A stretch of DNA of 64,000 bases, taken from NCBI RefSeq assembly GCF_009914755.1, contig NC_060948.1; one strand, written 5' to 3'. The stretch's first letter is position 1, and each line of letters begins with the position of its first letter. Below the pieces are notes generated by a model, which was not told where the DNA came from, did not search any database, and worked only from the letters and a program-made list of their open reading frames with translations. Source of the DNA: the human T2T-CHM13v2.0 reference genome, Homo sapiens. The position numbers were made by a program, and so were the translations under genes. Positions 58,346-64,000 of this stretch are shown in pieces.

Positions 58346-61300
58346 GCTAGAACCAAGACAGGCGCAAAGGTCAGGGCAGATCTAGGGCACAAGCAGGGCA
58401 GGCTAGGGCAGGGCAATGGCAAGACCAGGCCATGGCAGGGCCAGCCCAGGATAGAACAGGGTACAGGCAGGGCAGCACCAGGGCCACAGCTGGGGCAGGA
58501 CGAGGACCAGGACCGGGGTCCAGGCCAGGGCAAGGGTATGGCCAGGGCAGAGGTAGGGCCAGAGCCAGGGTGTGGGCAGGACCAAGGCAGGTCTATTGCA
58601 GGGCCAGGGTTCAGACCAGAGCCAGAGCAGGGCTGGGACAGGGCCAGGGCCAGGACCAGGAAAGGGCAATGTCAGGACAAGGGCCATGGCAGGACCAGCA
58701 ACGGGGCTAGGGCCAGGACAGGGACAGGGACAGGGACAGGGTCAGGGCTAGGGCCTGAATAGCATGCCAGGGTAGAGCCAGGCCACATTAGGGCCAGGAC
58801 AGGGTCAGGACAGGGCCATGGTAGGGCCAGGTTAAATCAGGGACAAGACACCTGCAAATCCACTTCAGGGCCAGGGTCAGGGCAGGGCCAGTTCAGGGCC
58901 AGGACCAAGACAGGTCCAGGGCCAGCGCTGTCGGGGTCATTGGCAGGGCCAGGGCCATGGCAGGAGCAGGGTCAGGAGCAGGGCTCAATGCCAGGCCAAT
59001 GCCACAGATAGGACCAGGTCTGTGCTAGGGCCAGTGTGAGGGCCAAGGTGGGGTCAGGGCAGGGCCAAAGGGAGGGCAGGGCCAAAGGGAGGGCAGGGCC
59101 AGGGCAGGGTGGAGCAGGCCCAGGGTAGCACAGGGTTAAGGTAGGACACAACCAACCAGGGCAGGTCTATGGCTGGGGCTGGGGCAGGGCCAGGGCTGGG
59201 GCAGGGCCAGAGCCAGGGCAGGGCCAAGACAGTGGCAGCTCCAGGGCAGGGCCAGGGTTAGGACCACGGACATGTCCAAGGCCAGTGCCAGGGCAAGGAC
59301 AAGGGCAGGGGCAGGGCCAGGTTCATCTAAGAACCAGGGACAAAGCCAGGCCCAGAGCAGGGCCAGGGCAGGTACCTGGCAGGGCTAGGGTCTGGGACAG
59401 GGCCATGGCAGGGCCAGGGCCACAACCAGGTCTGTGCTATGGCCAGGTCCAACACAGTGCCCAGGTAAGGCTAGGGTGAAGGCCAAGGTAGGGCCAGGGC
59501 AGGGTCAAAGCCAGGCTAGGGCCAAGGCAGGGCCAGGGCCGGCAAGGCAGGGCCAGGAAAGCATAGGGCCAAGGCAGGGCAGGGCCAGGCCAGTGCCAAG
59601 ACCTGGGCAGGGCCAGGGAACAGCCAGGGCAGGGCCAGGGCCAGAGCCAGGGCCAGGGCCTGGGCAGGACCAGGTTTGGGACAGGAGCAAAACAACGGCA
59701 AGGACAGTGCAGGATCTTGGCACAGCCAGGATCCAGGACAGTGTCAAGACAGGGCCAAGGCAGGGTCATGGCCATGGTAAGACCAGCAACAGGGCTGGTG
59801 CTAGGCCAGTGACAGGACCAGAGTCAGGGCAAGGACCAGAGCAGTGCAAGGCCAGGGTAGGGCCAGGCATTTCAGGGTCAGGGCCAGGGGAGAACCAGGG
59901 CAAGGTCTCAAGCAGGGAAGGGCCAGGACCAGGACAGGTCCAGGGCAGGGCCATGACAGGGCCAGGGGCTGTGTTAGGGCAAGGGCAGGGCCAGAGCAAG
60001 GTAAGGGTCAGGGCCAAGACCAGGGTAGGGACAGGGCAAGAAATATGGCAGGACCAGGGGCAATGCCAAGGCCAAGGCTGGGCCAGGGCTGAACCAGGGC
60101 TGAGTCAGGGCAGGGCAGGGCAGGACATGGTATGGCCAGTGCAGGACAGGACAAGAGCCGGTCCACAGAGAGAGCAGGGCTGATGCCAAGAAAGAGCCAG
60201 GCTAGTGCCAAGGCTGAGGCAGTGTCAGAGCATATCCGGGGAAGGGTCGGGGCCAGGGCCAGAACCGAGCCAGGGAACAGCCAAGGCAGGGTAGGGCAGG
60301 GAAATAGCATGGCTGGGTCAGTACTGGGACAGGGCAGAGCAGGGCAAGGCGATGGTAGGGGCAGGGCAGGGACAGGCCAATGCAGAGCCATGTTACACCA
60401 GGGCCAGGACACCTCCAAGTCCACTTCAGGGCCAGGGCTATGGCAGGACAAAGACCAGGGCCAGGGTCAGGGCCAGGTCTGTGCTAGGGCCAGCTCCAGA
60501 GCAGGGCCTAGTGAAGACTAGGGTGAGGGCCAAGGTAAGGCCAGGGCAGGGTCAAAGGCAGAGTAGGGCCAGGGCAGGGTGACGACACATCCAGAGCACA
60601 GCAGGCAGGGTGATGGCAAGACCAGGGGCAGACCACTGCCAGCTCAGGGCCAGGAAAAGGCCAGTGCAGAGCCAGGATAGGGTCTGGGTCTGGGTCAGGG
60701 CTAGGAACAAGGCAGAGCAGGGCCAGGGCCATGGCAGAGTCAGGGCAGGTCCTTGACAGGACCAGGTTCCAGGCCAGGGCCAGGGCAGCAGAAGGGGCAG
60801 GGCCTGGATAAGAGCACGGCCAGGGATATGGCAGGACCAGGGCTAGGGCCAGGGCCAGGCCATAGTGAGGGCAGGGCAAAAGCCCAGGTAGGGTCAGGGC
60901 AGGTCCAGGGAGTGACCAGCACCAAGAGGGGCCAAGGCACAACCAGCGCACGGTAAGGCAGAGCAATGGCACCACTGGGCCATGACAGGGCAAGGTCAGT
61001 GCCAGGAGAGGGCAGAACAGGCAGGCCCATGGTGGGGCCAGGCCAGGGATGGGCCAAAGCAGGTCCAGGACATGTCCAAGGCCAGGTCAGGGTCAGAACA
61101 GGAGCGGGACCATGACAATTGGCAGGGCCAGTGCCATGACAGGACCAGGGTCAGGACAAGGGGCAGGGCCAGAGCCAGGGCCAGAGTCAAGGTCAGGCCA
61201 GTGCAGGTTCAGGGAAGGGCCAGTGCCAGGGCAAGACCAGGGCAGGGACAGGGTAGCACAGGGCCAAGACAGGGTCAGGATGGGACCAGAGCAGGACGGG

Positions 61301-61390
61301 GCTGAGAGTCCAGGTAACAGTAGGGCAAGTACAGGGCAAGGCAGGGCAGTATAGGGCCAGATCCATGGCAGGGGCAGGGCAAAGCCAGGC
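58346..61390 (+). repeat. CAGGG repeat (degenerate CAGGG / CCAGGG / CAGGGC array, G-rich plus strand)
   Basis: About 3 kb of degenerate 5-6-mers (gggcagggccagggtcagg...) with strong strand asymmetry. Matches the description of CAGGG repeats at hominoid pericentromeric duplication junctions. Confidence 0.88.
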
Positions 61391-62675
61391 CCACTGCCAA
61401 AGGACCAGCCCTCCCTACAAGGCTCCTACCACCTGGCTACTGGTGCAGCCCATCCATCGCTGTAAGCCTGACCCCCAACCCTGGCTGCAGGCACCTGCCC
61501 TCCTAGCGTGGCCGCTCTCCTACCGCTCTGGCGCACTGCAGTCTCCATTGCTACCACCCACCCGCGGCAAGGCAAGTCGTGGTGTCACAGGCTATAGGTG
61601 TCTCCTCCTCCTCCTGGCATGGAGCAGCTGGGCGGGCAAAGCCAGAAAAGCCTAGAGGAAGATGTGAGGGGTGGAAGGGTTAGAGCCTCAACTTGTCATG
61701 CCGGCCACTGGGTGGCAGGGGCCAGTTTCAGTTTCAGCAAAGGCACTCACACCTACCCTCCAATGTCCAGCCTCTCCTTTTGGCCCAAGCTGGCCAGGAA
61801 CTGGGGTCTGGGGTGGGTGCTGGAGACACCACAGCACCCAGCTCCCCACTCCACAGGAGCCATTGGGCCCACTGGGGCTGCACTCCTCGGGGAGCAGGAG
61901 AAGCAGAAAAATTCAGACCCAGCCAGCCCTCTGCACCCAGGTGCCAATTCCTGTTCCGGACGCCTCCACACACAGGGCCCTGTCCCCAGTGGTGTCCCCA
62001 GGGGTGCCTGGCAGCCTCCAAGGCACAGACCCAGAGCGCACAGGCCCAGGAACCACGGTGGGTGTGGGGGCTCTGCCGTGCTCAGGATTCCATGCAAACG
62101 CTGCGTGCCTGCCGCACTCCAGTATGACCAAGAGTGGGTCGCCCTCTGGAGTGTGGAGTCAGGGAGAGGAGAACCACTCCTTCCTTGGATGCCAACTCTG
62201 CTGACTGCCGCCAGAAGTGCAGCCCCTGATAGCACTGAACTCGCCCCCCATCCACGGCTAGTCCTGCCCTCAATAGCTTCCCCCACGTCCGTCCCCCAAT
62301 GCAGCCAGTAGTGTATACCCAATAGTGCCCTAACCTGTCCTCCTCCATGGGCATTGCAGCCCCAGAAAGTGCCCATAACCCACCCTCCCTGCCATGGGCA
62401 GTGCAGCCCTGTACAGTGCTACCAACCAGTACCCCTAATGTAGGCAATGACACCCTGGATAGCGCCCCCAACCCACCCCACACTGCGAAAGGTGCAGCCC
62501 TGGTTAGCCCGTCCTACCACTCTGGTCGTGCTGCAGTCTCTGTCACCGCCACCACCAACCACAGTGAGGCAAGCCAGTGGGTTGCAGGCTCTAGCACCCG
62601 GCAGCCAGGCACGGAGCAGCTCTCTCCAATGGTCTGCTCCTACCACTCTGACCACGCTGCTGTCTCCGTGGCCAT
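61391..62675. repeat. GC-rich degenerate repeat block (possibly ACRO1-related satellite)
   Basis: Unit tcctaccRctctg..ctgcWgtctc at ~61518, ~62512 and ~62638; gcagccc..tagYgccc..aacc-type units at 62215-62505. The family name is a weak recollection. Confidence 0.5.
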
Positions 62676-63746
62676 CTTCTTTGACTACAAAGGAATAAAA
62701 CTAGGTATCAATAAGAAGAGTAATTCTGGAAACAATACAATCACATGGAAGTTAAACACTATCCTCCTGAATAAATGACTAGCGGGTCAATGAAGATACT
62801 AAGACAGAAATTCAAACATTTCATGAAACAAAGGGTAATGAAAACACAGTATACCGAAACTTGTTACACAGACAGCAGTACAAAGGCAGAGATTTACAGC
62901 TGTAAGTGCCTACCATCCAAACAAAAGAAAAACTTCAAATAAACAATACATCTTAAAGAACTAGTAAAGTAAGAACTAACTAAACCGAAAATAAGAAAAT
63001 GAATAAGATCGTAGCAGAAATAACATTGAAAAAAAAAAACACACAAGATTAAATGAAAAGTTGGTTTTCTGGAAAGCTAAACAAAATTGACAAACTTTTA
63101 ACCAAGCTAACTAAGAAAAAAGAGACAAGATTAAAATAAATAAAATCAACAGATTAAAAAAAGGAGACATTACAACTAATACTTCAGAAATTCAAAGGAT
63201 CATAACTGGCTATTATATGCCAATAAATCGGAAAGCCTAGTAGAAACTGGCAAATTCCTACATGCATACAGCCTACTTAGGTTGAACAATGAAAACATCC
63301 AAGACCAGAACAGATTGGTAACAAGAAATGAGATTGAAGCCATCAGAAAAAGTCTCCCAGTAAAGAAAAGCCCAGGAACTCATGTCTTCACTGCTGATGG
63401 CTTCACACAAAACAATTTAAAGACCTAGTACAAATCCTACTCAAACTATTTTGAAAAACAGGAGGGGGCCGGGCGCGGTGGCTCACGCCTGTAATCCCAG
63501 CACTTTGGGAGGCCGAGGCGGGCGGATCACGAGGTCAGGAGATCGAGACCATCCTGGCTAACACGGTGAAACCCCGTCTCTACTAAAAATACAAAAAATT
63601 AGCCGGGCGAGGTGGCGGGCGCCTGTAGTCCCAGCTACTCGGGAGGCTGAGGCAGGAGAATGGCGTGAACCCCAGGGGGCGGAGCCTGCAGTGAGCCGAG
63701 ATCGCGCCACTGCACTCCAGCCTGGGCGACAGCGAGACTCCGTCTC

Positions 63747-63777
<31 letters not shown>

Positions 63778-64000
63778 AAAACAGGAGGGAATACTTCCAA
63801 ACTTTTTCTATGAGACCATTATTACTGTGATACCAAAATCAGACAAAGGCATCAAAGAAGGAAACTACAGGCTAGTATCTCTAATATTGATGCGAAAATC
63901 CTCAACAAAATACCAGCGAATCCAATTCAGTAATACATTAAAAAGATAATTCATCATGATCAAGTGGAATGTATCCCTGGGATGCAAGGGTCACTCAACA
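62676..64000 (+). mobile_element. Older primate L1 (L1PB / old L1PA) ORF2 fragment, runs off the right edge
   Basis: FFDYKGIKLGINKK..TITWKLNTILLN (end of the endonuclease domain) and aaaagcccagga...gatgcgaaaatcctcaacaaaatac (start of RT). Many frameshifts. Confidence 0.88.
63467..63775 (+). mobile_element. Young AluYe5-like element
   Basis: CpGs almost fully retained; gggcgaggtgg, gaaccccagggggcggagcctgc and cgacagcgag. TSD gaaaaacaggaggg (63453-63466) vs ggaaaacaggaggg (63776-63789). Confidence 0.85.

Noticed and set aside
58297-61354. Many overlapping Gly/Gln/Pro/Arg-rich ORFs, up to 249 aa (59434-60183)
   Set aside because: They arise in all frames on both strands from the stop-poor CAGGG repeat and show no domain signature.
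61598-62483. ORFs of 133-237 aa in the GC-rich block
   Set aside because: They overlap in several frames on both strands, as expected from GC content, and resemble no protein I recognise.

Overview
Human genomic DNA (it carries a human-specific AluYb8), very rich in Alu and L1, with no intact protein-coding gene. Most of the window (about 1.95-58.2 kb) is an unprocessed, segmentally duplicated copy of PPP1R12B (MYPT2) on the minus strand. It contains exon 2 (10189-10319) and exon 3 (4362-4480) with canonical splice sites but several amino-acid replacements, plus a long stretch of presumed intron 1. That stretch holds a U6 snRNA retrocopy and an ancestral-type cytochrome c processed pseudogene. 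Exon 1 is absent. At about 58.2-58.3 kb the sequence switches to a ~3 kb G-rich CAGGG repeat, the family described at hominoid pericentromeric duplicon junctions, followed by a GC-rich degenerate repeat block and an older L1. This matches my recollection of the PPP1R12BP/CYCSP/RNU6 paralogous blocks such as those on chrY, but the exact locus cannot be fixed without alignment. I found no convincing new biological system. The most interesting signals are mutational footprints: the duplicon junction, an Alu-Alu unequal-crossover duplication, a tiny twin-primed L1, templated insertions and young Alu insertions. Repeat subfamily calls come from remembered consensus sequences, and most repeat boundaries are approximate.
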